A stretch of 64,000 bases of DNA, taken from assembly GCF_006345805.1 (NCBI RefSeq), contig NC_042998.1, positions 118,544,001 through 118,608,000 of the forward strand, read 5' to 3'. The notes below the pieces were generated by a model. That model was not told where the DNA came from, made no database searches, and worked only from the letters and a program-made list of their open reading frames with translations. The translations under genes and the position numbers were made by a program. Shown in pieces: positions 11,951 through 25,868 of this stretch. The stretch is from Octopus sinensis (lineage: Eukaryota). Position 1 is the first letter of the stretch. Each line of letters begins with the position of its first letter.

Positions 11951-12184
11951 GTGATTGCTCCGTTTTATTTCAAGAGTACTTGCCAATAGATGAAGACTCG
12001 ATTTCTAATCTACATCCAAGGCTCCTTCATTGGAATTTCAACATCAACAAAGTATTTTTGTTAGTATGTATGTATATATGTATGGATATATGTATGTATG
12101 CATGCATGCATGCATGTATGAATGCTTGATGTATGTATATCTGCAGATTTGTATGTTTTGCTTTATGTATGTATTCTCAAGCAT

Positions 12185-12543
12185 GTAATTGCTTATCAAA
12201 ACATGCTCATATACATTTAAATGATACTTCTGGTTTTTACAGTGATAGATTGGATCTGTAGTCTTCGAATTAGCTTTCTCCTTTCTGGCTTTCAGAAGCC
12301 TAATTTCTTAAGATTGGTATTTAGACCGTGTGTGTTACATATCCTAGGGTTCCAATACTTACAGGTACAGACCTGATCTTGTAATCTGGATAGAGTAACT
12401 GCAGATTTCTCAATAGTTCAGCGTATGTATTCTGTTTTTCACTGATCTTCAGCTTTATGTTAACATCCGTTGGGAAGCTAATTTCCACAGCTGAACACAG
12501 TTTCTCTTCTCTATCCCAAATCATTTTATCAGGCCTGTTGTGG
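12185..12543 (-). mobile_element. R4/Dong-like non-LTR retrotransposon 3' fragment (restriction-like endonuclease)
   Basis: HNRPDKMIWDREEKLCSAVEISFPTDVNIKLKISEKQNTYAELLRNLQLLYPDYKIRSVPVSIGTLG matches the RPD...E...KxxxYxxL...VPVxxGxLG RLE signature. Confidence 0.8.
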
Positions 12544-13049
12544 TATGTATGTATGTATATATGTATGTACGTATGTATGTATGTATGTATGTACGTATGT
12601 ATGTATGTATGTATGTATGAATGTGTGCGTGTGCTCATGTTTGTATGTTGTATATTGTGTGATAATGTGTGCATGCTGTATATCTTATATATTGTGTGAT
12701 TGTGTGTGTAATGTGTATATTTTATATACTGCGTAATTCTGTGCGTACACTGCATATGTCATAGGCTTAAGTTGCACACCATTCCGTATGCAAAGTAGCT
12801 ACGGCTGCATATCAAAAAATTGTTGCAAAATATTCCGACTCACACTAACAAAGGAAATTTAAGTCCAATATCATTTTCAAAGAGCATCAAACAAAACTTT
12901 GTTTTCCCTAATGTGTTGAACAATGCCAAATGATGATTTATCTATAAAACAAATATTTCAAAGGTCATGAAACTAGAAATACCAGAAGTATCACATAGAA
13001 ATTGAAATTACAATTACTGCAATAATATCGAGATATCGAGATACCGTGA

Positions 13050-13430
13050 GATAATGATTTCATATTGTCACAAGACCAGCAATTTCGCGGGAGAGGATAA
13101 GTCGAATACATCGACCCCAGTGCCCAACTGGTAACTGTTTTATTAACTCAGAAAGGATGAACGGCTAACGATTCTGTCAGATTGCTGCATTAAAATTCCT
13201 TGAAGTATTAAATAATCGTTTCGACTATAGTCACAAGGCTTGAAATATTTGGGGTAGGGGGCCATTCGATTGCATCGACCTTAGTTTTCGGCTGATACTT
13301 ACTTTATCGACGCCAAGAGGACGAAAAGCATAGTCGACCTTGATGGAATTCAAACTCTCGACGTAAAGACGGGCGAAATGTCACTAAGCATTTCGTCCTG
13401 CGTGCTAAAGGTTCTGCCATCTCACCACTT
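13050..13430 (-). mobile_element. Two adjacent SINE family B copies (partial and near-full)
   Basis: Reverse complements of TACCAGTT...CACTGGGGTCGAT and GGCAGAACCTTTAGCACGCAGGACGAAATGCTTAG. Confidence 0.7.
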
Positions 13431-13709
13431 TGTTGAACTATTACATAATGAACTAGCTTATTAAATGACAAAGGTCTCATAATTTACATACAACACATAC
13501 AAAAACATGCATTCAAATACTAAAAATACATTTAAAATAATTTTCTTAATGAACTATGGAATCATAAAGCCATTTCCCATCGCTAAGCAAAACATCTGTA
13601 CTGGAATATATAAAATATATTATTTTACTTTGTAAGACGTTCCTGTTAAGGATCGTAATGATCGTGTTTATACATGTGTGCGTGTGTGCGCACTCACGCT
13701 TGTGTTTGC

Positions 13710-13749
<40 letters not shown>

Positions 13750-16606
13750 GTGCGTGTGTGTAACTTATATTGCAAAGGTGTGTTTGGTACAGGTATCCAA
13801 TGCATCGATCAGTATTTCATTACATTTCTGACGGCGACTGTGGCGAGGTAAGTTTTAAGATGCTCTGTTTTCCTCTGAAAAGCATCGGTTTTTTTCTTTT
13901 TCTCACTGCTATGTTCAAATCTGAGGCTACTATGGAAAAACTACTTATTGGTGATAAATATTGGGATCGAAGCCGAAAATTCTTAACAAAAATTGTTTAC
14001 TTGTTCATTCGTTTCTTAGTAAGTCCCCATGTGCATCCAAAATATGAATTACCGTGATAGATTCTGAGTAGCGGTCATCATTACATTTTAGAAAATACGA
14101 GATACATAACTATCTCCATAATATAAGGTCATATTCTGTGCACATTATCCAATGACTTATGGAAAATCCACCCTTTCATAAGTGTATTCCAATGGAAACA
14201 TTAAGCTATTTAATTTTGCGTTCTCTTTAAGATATAGTACTATTTACATGTGTGTTGATATTATTTTCCGCGGCACCACTCTCTTTGTTACAGAAAATGA
14301 ACGGTGAAAATGAAAGAAGAAATAATGTATAATGAGAAATTATAATTCAGTGTCAAATTCATGTACATTCTACGCTTGAGTTTTAATGAACCATAAAACA
14401 AAGTGTTTCTAACTTGTAATTACAGCAATATACATAAGAAAACCAAATATGACTGATATCAATATAAAGCACCTCTTAATTGCAAGTTATCAGGGTGGAT
14501 CACGTATAATCAGATGTAGTTTAGTATGATAATGTAATTTTACGTAATGCTATAACTTTCGTCCTCCTTTGGTATGATGTCTTAATAAAGCGCCACTTGT
14601 AATTGTGGAAACTAAAACACATTCTGGGAAACACTGATAAAAATTGATTTACAGTAATCTGGAACTCTAAGCACAGTAATTTCATTAGAAAGTACACCAT
14701 CCGCTGCAGGCACAGTATAAAAGCAGTGCTAATCCAAAGTGGTATGACTCAGCAACAAAGTGACATACATAAAAATAAATTAAAATGAAACCATAACGAA
14801 AAGATATTCAGCAAAAGATGAAAATATTAATGTTTTGAAACAGCATAAACAAAATATGTTCGACATTTGGCAATACAAACGATTATCGACAGAACGAAGA
14901 AGTATCGGTATCTGGAGAAAAGAGAGAGCGTCAATGCTTGTAGATATTGGAAAAGAAAGAACTTAATACCATCTGAGAAGTTGACATTGGATATCTGGAG
15001 AAAAAGCACGAGAATTAGGAGGTATAGAATATATATTTATAAATACATATGATCATAAGGCGAAGAAGACAGGGGCAAAAATACGTATCAGAAATAAATA
15101 TACAGTAACATTAGGGAATATTGATGAAATACTAATCGGCAACTTAGCCGGTGACTTATTATTGTCAATGTTTTACAAAGAATATAAAGCCGGTATCTAT
15201 ATATTTTGTAGAAGCTAGGAGAAAGAAAAACCGCGTCGACCAGTTTTACTTGACGTCAAGTAACTCAATGTGGTAGTAATATGTCACTTAAACAGTGTCT
15301 CCTCCTTCGTTACCCTCAGGTGACATATTGCAGCAGTGCAAAAGAAATCCGTGTGCATGCAGACACGATTAATTATTCAAGTAGTTCACTTCGAAACTTT
15401 GTGCTTTTGTGTTCAATTCCATTGCAGAGGAACTTGGTTAAGTATTTTCTGTCATAGCCTCAAGTCGACCAAATACTTGCATGCTATATTTGTTAAATGG
15501 AACTGCGTAATTGCTGGTAGAAATCGTTTCTGTTCACAGACTGTTGAACTTAATCCATCGAATATTATTTTACTTGAATGCCTTTAGTAAAATCCACACG
15601 CATCAAAACTACGGATGTAAGTAATGTCCTCAATTCCTCCCAGCAGTCTTAGAGATCCTGAAAAGTTACTGTAGTTTCTCTGTTTTATTCTTTTTCCTTA
15701 AAATATTAGATATGAAAAACAACAACAATATTTACCATTAATGATACTATTAATAGACAAAACGTAAACATGTGAATAGAGACGAAAAGGTTATATGAGA
15801 ACCAGTAGAGTTATAAAGACATTATATATTATAATAAGACAGCGTTATAAATTTGTTGTAAATTAAACATATCTAACGAGATAATTGTTAAAATTAAAGG
15901 GAAATGTCATGAAATTAAAGGAAAATGTCATGAAAAATGAAATACACAAGAGCATTTCACCTACGCATGCGTGAAAACCTGTCCGAGCAAACTGAGTCAA
16001 TACATCCAAGTTTGCTGCCTATTTGACATTGGCCGCATGTTAATCGGATGCAAGTAAAAGAATCCTTAGTTATTCCATGTATTAGCTGTGGTAAAAACGT
16101 CCAACTTCCTCTGAGTATCATTCTTTTATATTTTCATAGCTTAATGATTAGGTCTGCACTGATTTCCTATCTTTCCTTTCTTGTGCAAATCACGTTTCAG
16201 CCTGTGTGAAAAATCAATATATCCCAACTGGTGCATTGGCAAAATTAGAAGAACGAGATAGAATTGCTTTCTTTATTTCTTTTTGCAGTTTTTAGTTGCA
16301 TCACATTACGTTCTTATTTCAAATACTGACGAGACAAATTATGTTGTTCTTATTTGAAGCATCAACTGAGTACTGGTTCTGTCATGCGGACTGCGCTTAT
16401 ATCCCAAACTGACCGCCTTGTGTTTAGATCTAAAATCAATATACTGAATTACTAGTGTGAATGAATGCGATTTCACACACACACATATATATATATATAT
16501 ATCTGAGGGTGTTATAAACACCTAAATTGCTAAAAATAAGATCTTAACGCTATAATGCCGCAGTCAAAGCACATAATTGTATACATACAAGCAGCGTTCA
16601 AGATAT

Positions 16607-16657
16607 TCCCAGACTAATCGGTCAGTTTTGGCTTTTGCCGTAGCCTCTTTAGTGGGA
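16607..16657 (-). ncRNA. Type I hammerhead ribozyme, copy 1 (core mutated)
   Basis: Minus strand reads UCCCA-CUAAAGA-GGCU-ACGGCAAA-AGCC-AAAA-CUGA-CCGA-UUAG-UC^UGGGA. All three stems pair, but CUGA is CUAA and GAAA is AAAA. Confidence 0.75.
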
Positions 16658-16947
16658 TCGGTCCGACTCGGCTGATTCCAGACGACGATCACTCTCAGCA
16701 TATATGTCTAAGCCATAGAAATCTATGTATGTTTTAGCGAATCGCTAATGTATATACAAATACTTTATTTAGGCAGCGGGAAGGAAATGTCTACCAAGGA
16801 GACCTATAACCATCATTAAATATGACTGAAGGTGTTAAAAACACCTACATTACCAGAAAGAAGGGCTAAATGCTATAATGCTACACTCAAAGCCCATAAT
16901 TGTATATCTACATGCTGACAGGGACCGCAATCACCCGAGAAGTAGCG

Positions 16948-16998
16948 GTTGAGACTGATCGGTCAGTTTCGGCTTTTGCCGTAGCCTCTTCAATAGGA
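16948..16998 (-). ncRNA. Type I hammerhead ribozyme, copy 2 (stem I disrupted)
   Basis: Minus strand reads UCCUA-UUGAAGA-GGCU-ACGGCAAA-AGCC-GAAA-CUGA-CCGA-UCAG-UC^UCAAC. GAAA, stems II and III and the GUC site are intact, and C3 is changed to U. Confidence 0.7.
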
Positions 16999-17249
16999 GC
17001 GGCCCGACTCGGCTGATTCCGGACGATGATCACTCTCAAAATATATATCTACGCCATAGAAATCTATGGATGATTTACTGATTATACATTTTGACCGTAT
17101 CATTAGAACATTTAGCTTTCATTTCTAGTAATATAGGTATTTATAACAACAACAGTCATATTTAATGAGAGTTATAGTTCTCCTTGTTGGTACACATTTG
17201 CTTACTGCTGTCTAAATAAATTGTACAGGCAGACAGACTGACAGATGGT

Positions 17250-17498
<249 letters not shown>

Positions 17499-17510
17499 TG
17501 ATTAATAGGT

Positions 17511-17785
17511 AGATATCTTTCTATATTAGCCGCGCAGCGCCGAACACAGACGGGCAATACAAAGTTGAACTTTTCTTTTCGAAATAAAGAAAAACGAAAA
17601 AAAACGATCAAAAGGGATCGAAAGCGTTTGTGACGTGTAAACAACATAAAGAAGCGGTGTAAACATGTAAAAGTGGTTTATTCGTAGAAAGAAAAACCAA
17701 CAGAAAAGACCACGGTAATCTCAAACAGGGAAAGTAAGACATGAGAGAAAAGCGCTCACTCTCTCCCTCTCTCTCTCTCTTTCTC

Positions 17786-17834
<49 letters not shown>

Positions 17835-19050
17835 TGGATTTACAGGATCATGCTTAAAGCGGTTTTGTCATTTACGCGAACCATCTTTGCTACACTCATC
17901 CACATTTTATTGAAACTTTTATGGACAAAACATCCCTCTCTATTCTCACCTTCCTTATCAAGTGGAACTTGAAAAAGTTGATGAGCGATTGGCTAGAGAG
18001 GAAAGTGTTTGTCTCCTAAATCTTTCGCACGAGTCCACCACACACATTCCTACACCATAGCCACCAATACAATGAAAACTACCTTGCCTTAACGATAGAC
18101 TCGCCGATAACAGAAATCGTCCCACACGTGATAGCAGCCGTTCGACATAAGCCCACAGGTCCGAAATGGTTGGATACTGCACGAGTGCGTGCAGAACGGT
18201 TTCGTTGCTCTGATCGCAACTTGGGCAAGTCGGTCCGGTGTATCTCGAACCGTGCTTGTAGAGCTTATCCCAAACGAGCAATGCTTCCCGATAGCATTGC
18301 CAAGCCAATGATCTCTGGTGATTGTCCATAGGTCCCGGCCCGAAAGTTGTCCTGAAGAGGTGGATCAGGTGTTCCCGGTCGACGCCCACATTCTCCCCAA
18401 GAACGTCGTCAATCCTCACCTCCACTAATCCTCTTCGTGGAAACGAAGTAGCACAAGTTTGGTCCCGGACGGCAAATTTGCTTGAGAGCAAGGCGGCACT
18501 CGCGGTGCCATTCGCCTAGCCTCGGTCTCCGTTTGATCCATGACTGCAGTTCGTCCAAAGAGACGAGCTGCGGGAAAGCGCGTCTCACAAGCAACGACCA
18601 CACCTATTCACCGTCCTCTACGAAGCTCCGGAGGTGGCGTAGTCTCAGCGCATGTTTGCGAATCATCAACCACGGCATGCCCAGACCTCCATTTAGCGAG
18701 TGTTGACAGCAAATGGATCGCCTAAACGTCGAGACGTTTTCCTTCCAAAAAAAGCGGAAGAGCATGTGTTCCAGTTTGGTGATGGTAGGGTCGGGACAAA
18801 GCACGATGGTCATGCGGTAATAGATGACGGATGTGATGTTCGTGTTCGCCACCTCCGACCGACCTTTTAGGAATAGTTTTCCTCGGCCCATTGCTGGGTG
18901 AAAGTGGCCACCTTACTCGTTATCTCGTCCCAGTTCTTCTCTATTTGGATGTCCGATCCGAACCAGACACCGAGCATTTTAACCGGTCCGTCGGTCCAGT
19001 GTCCCACAATGGTGACGCTTATGGATGGCATGGGCCTGCCTCTTCATGTG
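17511..19050 (-). mobile_element. Tx1/L1-clade LINE 3' portion (ORF2 C-terminus and 3' UTR), degraded
   Basis: WTDGPVKMLGVWFG..., LKGRSEVANTNITSVIYYR...LFRFFWK...GGLGMP and the C-terminal zinc finger CPSCDQSNETVLHALV. A (CT)n tract lies in the 3' UTR and the element ends at (TATC)n. Confidence 0.85.
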
Positions 19051-19559
19051 TCGAATATTAAATGGTCTAGATAGATGACCATTTAAATTAAATTAAAAAA
19101 GAACTTAATTATCTTAAGTGTAGATGTGTATATATGTGTGTATGTATATGCATGTATTTGTTAATTTGTATGTGTGTATATGTGTGTCTATATGTAGTTG
19201 TGTACGTATATATATATGTATATATCTGTGTGTGTATGTATGTGTGCATACGTATGAATGTATGCGTATGTGTATATATATGTACGTGTATGTGTGTATG
19301 TATATGTATGTACGTGTTTATGCATATATGTGTGTGTGTGTACACCATACCATGTGTGAGAACTGAATAGGTGACCTCAAATGAGGTCACTTTTAACAAG
19401 CCATAACAATATTAATCACTCCAAAATATTCCATTTTTTATTCTTGTTCTCAATTACTATTAGTCCTATCCTTATTATCTTTATCGTTATTTTTATTTTT
19501 AGCATTATTTTATTTACTTTTTCCCCCCTTTCGTCTTCTTCACCTCTCGTCCTTCTTCT

Positions 19560-19608
19560 CCTCCCCTCCTCACTTTTCTACTTTTTCTTCCTCTTCTTAT
19601 TCTTCTTG

Positions 19609-19704
<96 letters not shown>

Positions 19705-19720
19705 TTTTTCTTCTTCTTCT
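19560..19720. repeat. (TTC)n microsatellite
   Basis: Direct run. It gives poly-F/poly-E/poly-R ORFs. Confidence 0.95.
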
Positions 19721-21051
19721 ACACACATGCTTTCGTATTCTTTTTTATATATATTTATATATATGTAAATTTTTTGCTGTTCAAGCAGCCAGTAAAGCAT
19801 ACATTTTCCAGTTTCAAGCGGCCATTTGAAGCTTGAAACTCATACCAGAGGAACTCACAGTACACTTTATTATTATCCCCCCCCCACCAAAAATTATCCC
19901 ATTTCTTCAAATATATAATACTGTTCCAACAACTGTGTTTTTATCATTCTACTATATACATGTGTTAAGGACCTCATTAAGCATTGATCTATTTGTATCA
20001 TCTTGCAAGTCATTATACATGGTAAACGGAAGACAATAAAAGTTAAAGAGAACTGATCCTTGTTTCTCAACTGAAAAATATATCATTTATTAATACCTAC
20101 CAGCTGAATATCAATAACAGACACACGCAAACACAAACATACCCATTCACTCACACACATACTCACACACATGCACATACACATACACATACGCATATAT
20201 AGCATTGATTGTAAGAGCCTTCCGATACAACAGCTTATCATCCAATATATATGAGATATACAGTCTCAGGAATTAATGTTGTGTAGTAGGTTACGTAATT
20301 TCCCTACACGTATACATTGTATATTAAATCTACGACAGATTTCTTTTTCCGTTTTTTATGTAACATCTTAACTAGATTTGTGAAAGCACAAATCATGACC
20401 TCAAAATTTTGAACCAAGATCTCTGTGTTTCAAAATAGAGAAAGTTTTTTCAAAAGAATTCCACAAATTTTTCTTTTTTCTTTTACAGTTTAAGAGTTTC
20501 CTTATTACTTCTCACTAGTTGCACGAATTGTTGCTGGATGACCTGGTTCTCATGATTTAGGCGTATTTGTCTAATCGAGCTGAATATTCTCTTCTATGTT
20601 CAAGAAAACACATTTGACTGCAATTTATTCTGAATATTTAAAGATGTTAGAGAAAATCAAAGAAGTAACAATGATGTACGAAAATTGTGAAGTGAGGCAT
20701 CAATTGCAGATCCGCATTTACTATCAATCATTGAAAAATACGCTAAGCCCAAACAACTTAAGTCGTGTGTTTTATTCCAAACTTCAAAAGAGAAATAATA
20801 CGACAGTATTGGTATTAATAAGCGGTTATGCGGTATTATTTTCATATTATATTGGAAAATACACATAATCTCTAAATCCATCTTGTGTGAAAAGTAGGGA
20901 AAATATTTAACATCCCCAAAATAATAAACATTAGAAATATATCTACAAAATTATATTCAACTATTATTAAGAAAATTAGAACACTATATCACACACACAC
21001 ACGCGTACACATACACACACACACACACACACAAGCACGCACGTACGCACT

Positions 21052-21172
<121 letters not shown>

Positions 21173-21221
21173 CATACAGAATATTAATATAGACAGCAGT
21201 CTCCAGTGTTTTACCAAAAAA

Positions 21222-21320
21222 GAAGACTATAATTATCCCTAAATGTGACTAGGGTGCTATTTCAAGCAATTTAGGTGTTTCTAGCACCCGAGTCACATTT
21301 AGTGGAAATTATAGTTTTCC
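21222..21320. repeat. ~100-bp inverted repeat (MITE-like hairpin)
   Basis: The left arm ACTATAATTATCCCTAAATGTGACTAGGGTGCTA matches the reverse complement of the right arm, ACTATAATTTCCACTAAATGTGACTCGGGTGCTA. Confidence 0.8.
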
Positions 21321-22542
21321 TATATATATACGTAAGGTGGTTTGGGAGATTGGAATCTGCACAATCATAACAGATCCTAATTTAATTTGAATATCTGTCC
21401 AGAACATTTTATGTGTTTAACCATTTCCCACATAGTCCTTCTTTGTGTATGATATATTTCCATCTGCTGTAAAGAGGGATGAAACTTCCAAGGTAGCGGA
21501 GCCATAGATTTCACAACGGAATCCAAAAAAGGCTCGTGCATTATTTGTGTCTTCCGAAGCCTTTCTCCAGTTCAGTCATTATACATGCACCATACTTTTT
21601 TTCTTGGAAGAGAACACGTTTACTCTAAGATCATTAGTTTTTATACTGAGCTCTTTTGTTGCTCTGGGGGTGGGGCGGTAACTGCAGGTAGCATATTTAG
21701 CTTCTTTTTTTTCTTAAAATCTCCATTTGATTATTTTGTTATTTTTATCAAATCAATCCTGGCAGAACGAGCTTCGATGGCTCATTATGCCACCTGCATA
21801 GACTCATAAATCTTTTTTTTTTTTTAGTGTGTGAAGACCATCATGTCTCTACATTTTCAGTATTGATTGTTTAGTCCTTCAGGAATACTTTATTTAGTTT
21901 TTCACAGGTGGTTTCAGATGGTTTCATTTTTAAATGATAATTATTTGCGATTCAACTCTCTGTAGCCATCTTAGAAATATTTGCTCTGAGCGCATATTCA
22001 GCTTCCAAATATCAATGTTATTTTACAAATGATAAACTTGCGATTAGCGCTGCATAAATCTCTACCCATTGATCTTATCAGAATATCACTCAGCTCGCAT
22101 CTACTACGAAAGGTACAATTGTTTGGAGCGAAGACGTTTTGCAACTTGCTGAAATGGGGAGGTTGCATTGTTTATAAGAGCATGCACTCAGATCATTGGG
22201 AGATTGTCATTACACTTGGGATAAATGCTCTATGTTTAATGACATGAGTCCATGCAACTCTACCAGATTCTACTTTGGAAGTCAGGACATTAAGCAAACA
22301 TAGTTTATCAGAAGCTGACAGGGTCACAGAAAAGTTCCTTCTTTGTTTTAAGAGAATAGTTCAAACTTGAAGTGCACGATATAGCTCATTTATTCTTTTC
22401 AAGTGGAATTCTTTGAGATATGATTCCATCGCTTACACTTTGGAGTAAAAATTCATCTTAAATACGGTGGACCATCAATTTTACTGTACGATTCTAGTGT
22501 ATATCTACATTTCCAAACGTGAATACACGCGCGCGCGCACAC

Positions 22543-22620
<78 letters not shown>

Positions 22621-22623
<3 letters not shown>

Positions 22624-22790
22624 AGAATTCACGAAAAAACAAAAGACAAAGACTGGTGGTATAGAAAAAAACAGATGTATTAGTATAACGCTCGGGAATT
22701 GAAAAAATCTCTAACGTTTCGAGCCTACGCTCTTCCACAGAAAGGAACACAGAAAGAAACAAAGAGAGAAACAAGAGGGTAGATAACCCA
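22621..22790 (-). mobile_element. (TA)n-adjacent short repeat with degenerate minimal hammerhead motif
   Basis: Minus strand reads CTTT-CTGTGGAA-GAGC-GTAG-GCTC-GAAA-CG-TT-AGAG at ~22709-22744. Confidence 0.5.
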
Positions 22791-23008
22791 ATATTTTAAT
22801 GGGGGTGAGGTAACCAAAAAGTAGCATCACTTATTCTGGCTGCGTGTTTATTGTTGACCAATTAAATTCATATTTGGTTGTATTTTACGTGCCCTTTTCT
22901 TTTCTTTCATTTTCTCTTATTTTAGCTTTGCACACAGCGAGTCAGATGATTAATGATTTTAAGGACATGAAGAGACATTAGCAAGCAGTAAAATGGCAGC
23001 AGCAGTAA

Positions 23009-23044
<36 letters not shown>

Positions 23045-24371
23045 AAGCAAGGGTAATAGTAAGACTTGATTATAATTATTCAAATTTCATCATGTATAAT
23101 AACAATGTATGACATACTTACACACGTACACATACATTTAATATTTATCACACATACATACTATGTGAGTACATACGAATGTGTGTATACATGTATTCAT
23201 ATAGTTGTGTGTTCGTGTGTGTATGTTCTCGCACATACTCTATTTAATGCAACGTTGCGCTATTCCCTAATTCCCGTTCCGAATCAAGTGTCTATTCAGA
23301 GTTTGACATAATCCATGGCCTACAGCCCCAATCTCATTAGTTACTAATATCCAATTCGCATTCAAGTCTATCTTGTAACTAACCCATTCACCGTGATTGA
23401 ATTTGGTTGACTTTGTTTTATAACTCGGTTGAGCCGTGTCTCAAGATTCGTTGTAAGCTATTGATTCCTTTGTAAATGCCCTTTTTCCTTTTTTTTTTAA
23501 CTAATCCATTTCTATAACACAACGGATATCTTCATCGTTCAATGACAAACGCATAAACTACATCTGTAAGAACCCATTTGTGTAGTTAAAACAAGTCAAA
23601 CGATTTTCTCATTTATGCCTCTCGCATTCAGATTTCATGCAAACCCTGCACCATAATGAGACTAAATGCAACATGTATATATTTGGTTATATAGTTTTAC
23701 ACTATCGTGCAAAAACTGTTTGCATCAGATCGAATGCAACTGTTTACTTTGAACATATAAACAAATCCAGTGAAATATAGTTTTATGATGTTGATTTCGC
23801 ATTAATGATTTTAAATTTTTTCTATACGTTTTATATACATACGTTATTCACAAATATGAAATAACGCGTAAGTCCTCATGACTATGTAATTTTTATTTTT
23901 AAATTGCTATTTCATAACATATATTTATATGAAATAACCTAGAATTGAAGAAATTTTTATCAATTCTATTCATGATTTATATACAAATATTCCATTATTG
24001 TAATATATTATAATACTTTCCAACTAGTTTCTTTTTCTGTATAGATATCAACCTCACAGAGTATACACTTCGACTATCGATTTTTTTTCTTATGATTTAC
24101 AGTAAATGCAAAACCCTGCTAATATTTTGTATACTTTTCTTGATGTTAAGCTATACAATATATTTATCGGTATAAATGTATATGTCTTTGATAAGATGCC
24201 AAAAATATTTGCCTATCGTTTCAGTAACACATTTCCGACCCATTTTGCTCAGAAATTCAAAACCATTAAGAAAAATATTTTATCTCCCATAAATGAAATC
24301 ATTGATCGTTACTGTCTGCATATATGAAGTCTATATAGTCTATATTATACACACATTCATTCACGTACACA

Positions 24372-24434
<63 letters not shown>

Positions 24435-24509
24435 AAACACTTACTCACTCAAACACATATACAAATATACAAACACACACACATATATATCTGTATGTAC
24501 ATATATACA

Positions 24510-24598
<89 letters not shown>

Positions 24599-24855
24599 AT
24601 ACGATATATTATTTTCCCAATATCCATTTTCTTTTCCTTTCATATATATATATATAGAGAGAGAAATAGATAGATAGATAGATGTATGTGCGCACATACA
24701 TGATTTGTGCATGTGTGTGTCTGTGTGTCTGTGTGCGTGTTTGTATGAAGTGATTCTTAAATACATGTTTGACATTACTCAATTGTATTATTTAGTACTT
24801 TGTACACGTCTTTGTTCGTAAATCTGTGCAATTAATTTGACACACACACACACCA

Positions 24856-24886
<31 letters not shown>

Positions 24887-24888
24887 AC

Positions 24889-24923
<35 letters not shown>

Positions 24924-25123
24924 AACACACACATTTATATATGTGTATGTATACACGAATTATTTATATACATGCATATATATGTATATACATATATGCA
25001 TATGTGTAACATATATATATATTAGTATATACATGAATAAGTACACATATATCAGTTTATATTATGCTTAAAATTATGTGTATCGTTTTCATATTATGGA
25101 TAAAAATGTATTTACCATATGAA

Positions 25124-25155
<32 letters not shown>

Positions 25156-25810
25156 GTATACATCAACATATCACACACACACGAACACACAATCTCTCTT
25201 CCTCTCTCATTCTCTCTCCCTGTATATATACATGTGGAGAGAGAGAGAGATTGTGTCGCGATATGTGTGCGCGTAGCGTGTACGTATACATGGTATATAT
25301 ATATATATATATATATATGCATGAGTACACATCACGTTCTCCCAACTAGGAGAAGACAAAAAAGAAACTCGGACTAACGAATTTCTCTCCTACAGAATAA
25401 GTATGTATGTATGTATGTATGTATGTATGTATGTATGTATGTTATGTATGTATGTATGTATGTAGTATGTATGTATGCATGTATGTATGTTTGCATGTAT
25501 GGGTTTGAACGTGTAGCTATGATCTGCGAAGTTTTTGTTGATTCAGTTTCTCTTTTTCATTTATTTTTCTATCCACAGACATTCTTTTGAACTTATTTTA
25601 TCTTAAAATGACTTACTATCTGAAAACTATCAATTCATTGCCTTCTTGTATACGATTCTTTTTTTTATGTTTCGCAATTCAACATTTTTCACCGATGCCT
25701 GACTTTAAATGCTCGATACGTAAAGTATATATGATCAATGTTATATATATATACATACAGACATACAAATATACACATGTATGTGTATGTATGTGTAATT
25801 ACATATATAC

Positions 25811-25868
<58 letters not shown>

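Larger units (their letters stand above)
16503..17077 (-). repeat. Tandem ~323-341-bp repeat (about 1.7 units) carrying hammerhead ribozymes; retrozyme- or Penelope-pLTR-like
   Basis: 16503-16737 aligns with 16826-17077. The array begins right after a (TA)n run. Confidence 0.8.

Noticed and set aside
13793-13853. Possible exon (TACAG|...GAG|GTAAGT)
   Set aside because: Strong donor but weak acceptor, no recognisable peptide and no partner exons.
21340-22460. Coding-like minus-strand block including an IWKLN peptide
   Set aside because: Multiple stops and no motif series I could assign. It may be an old TE and needs tBLASTx.
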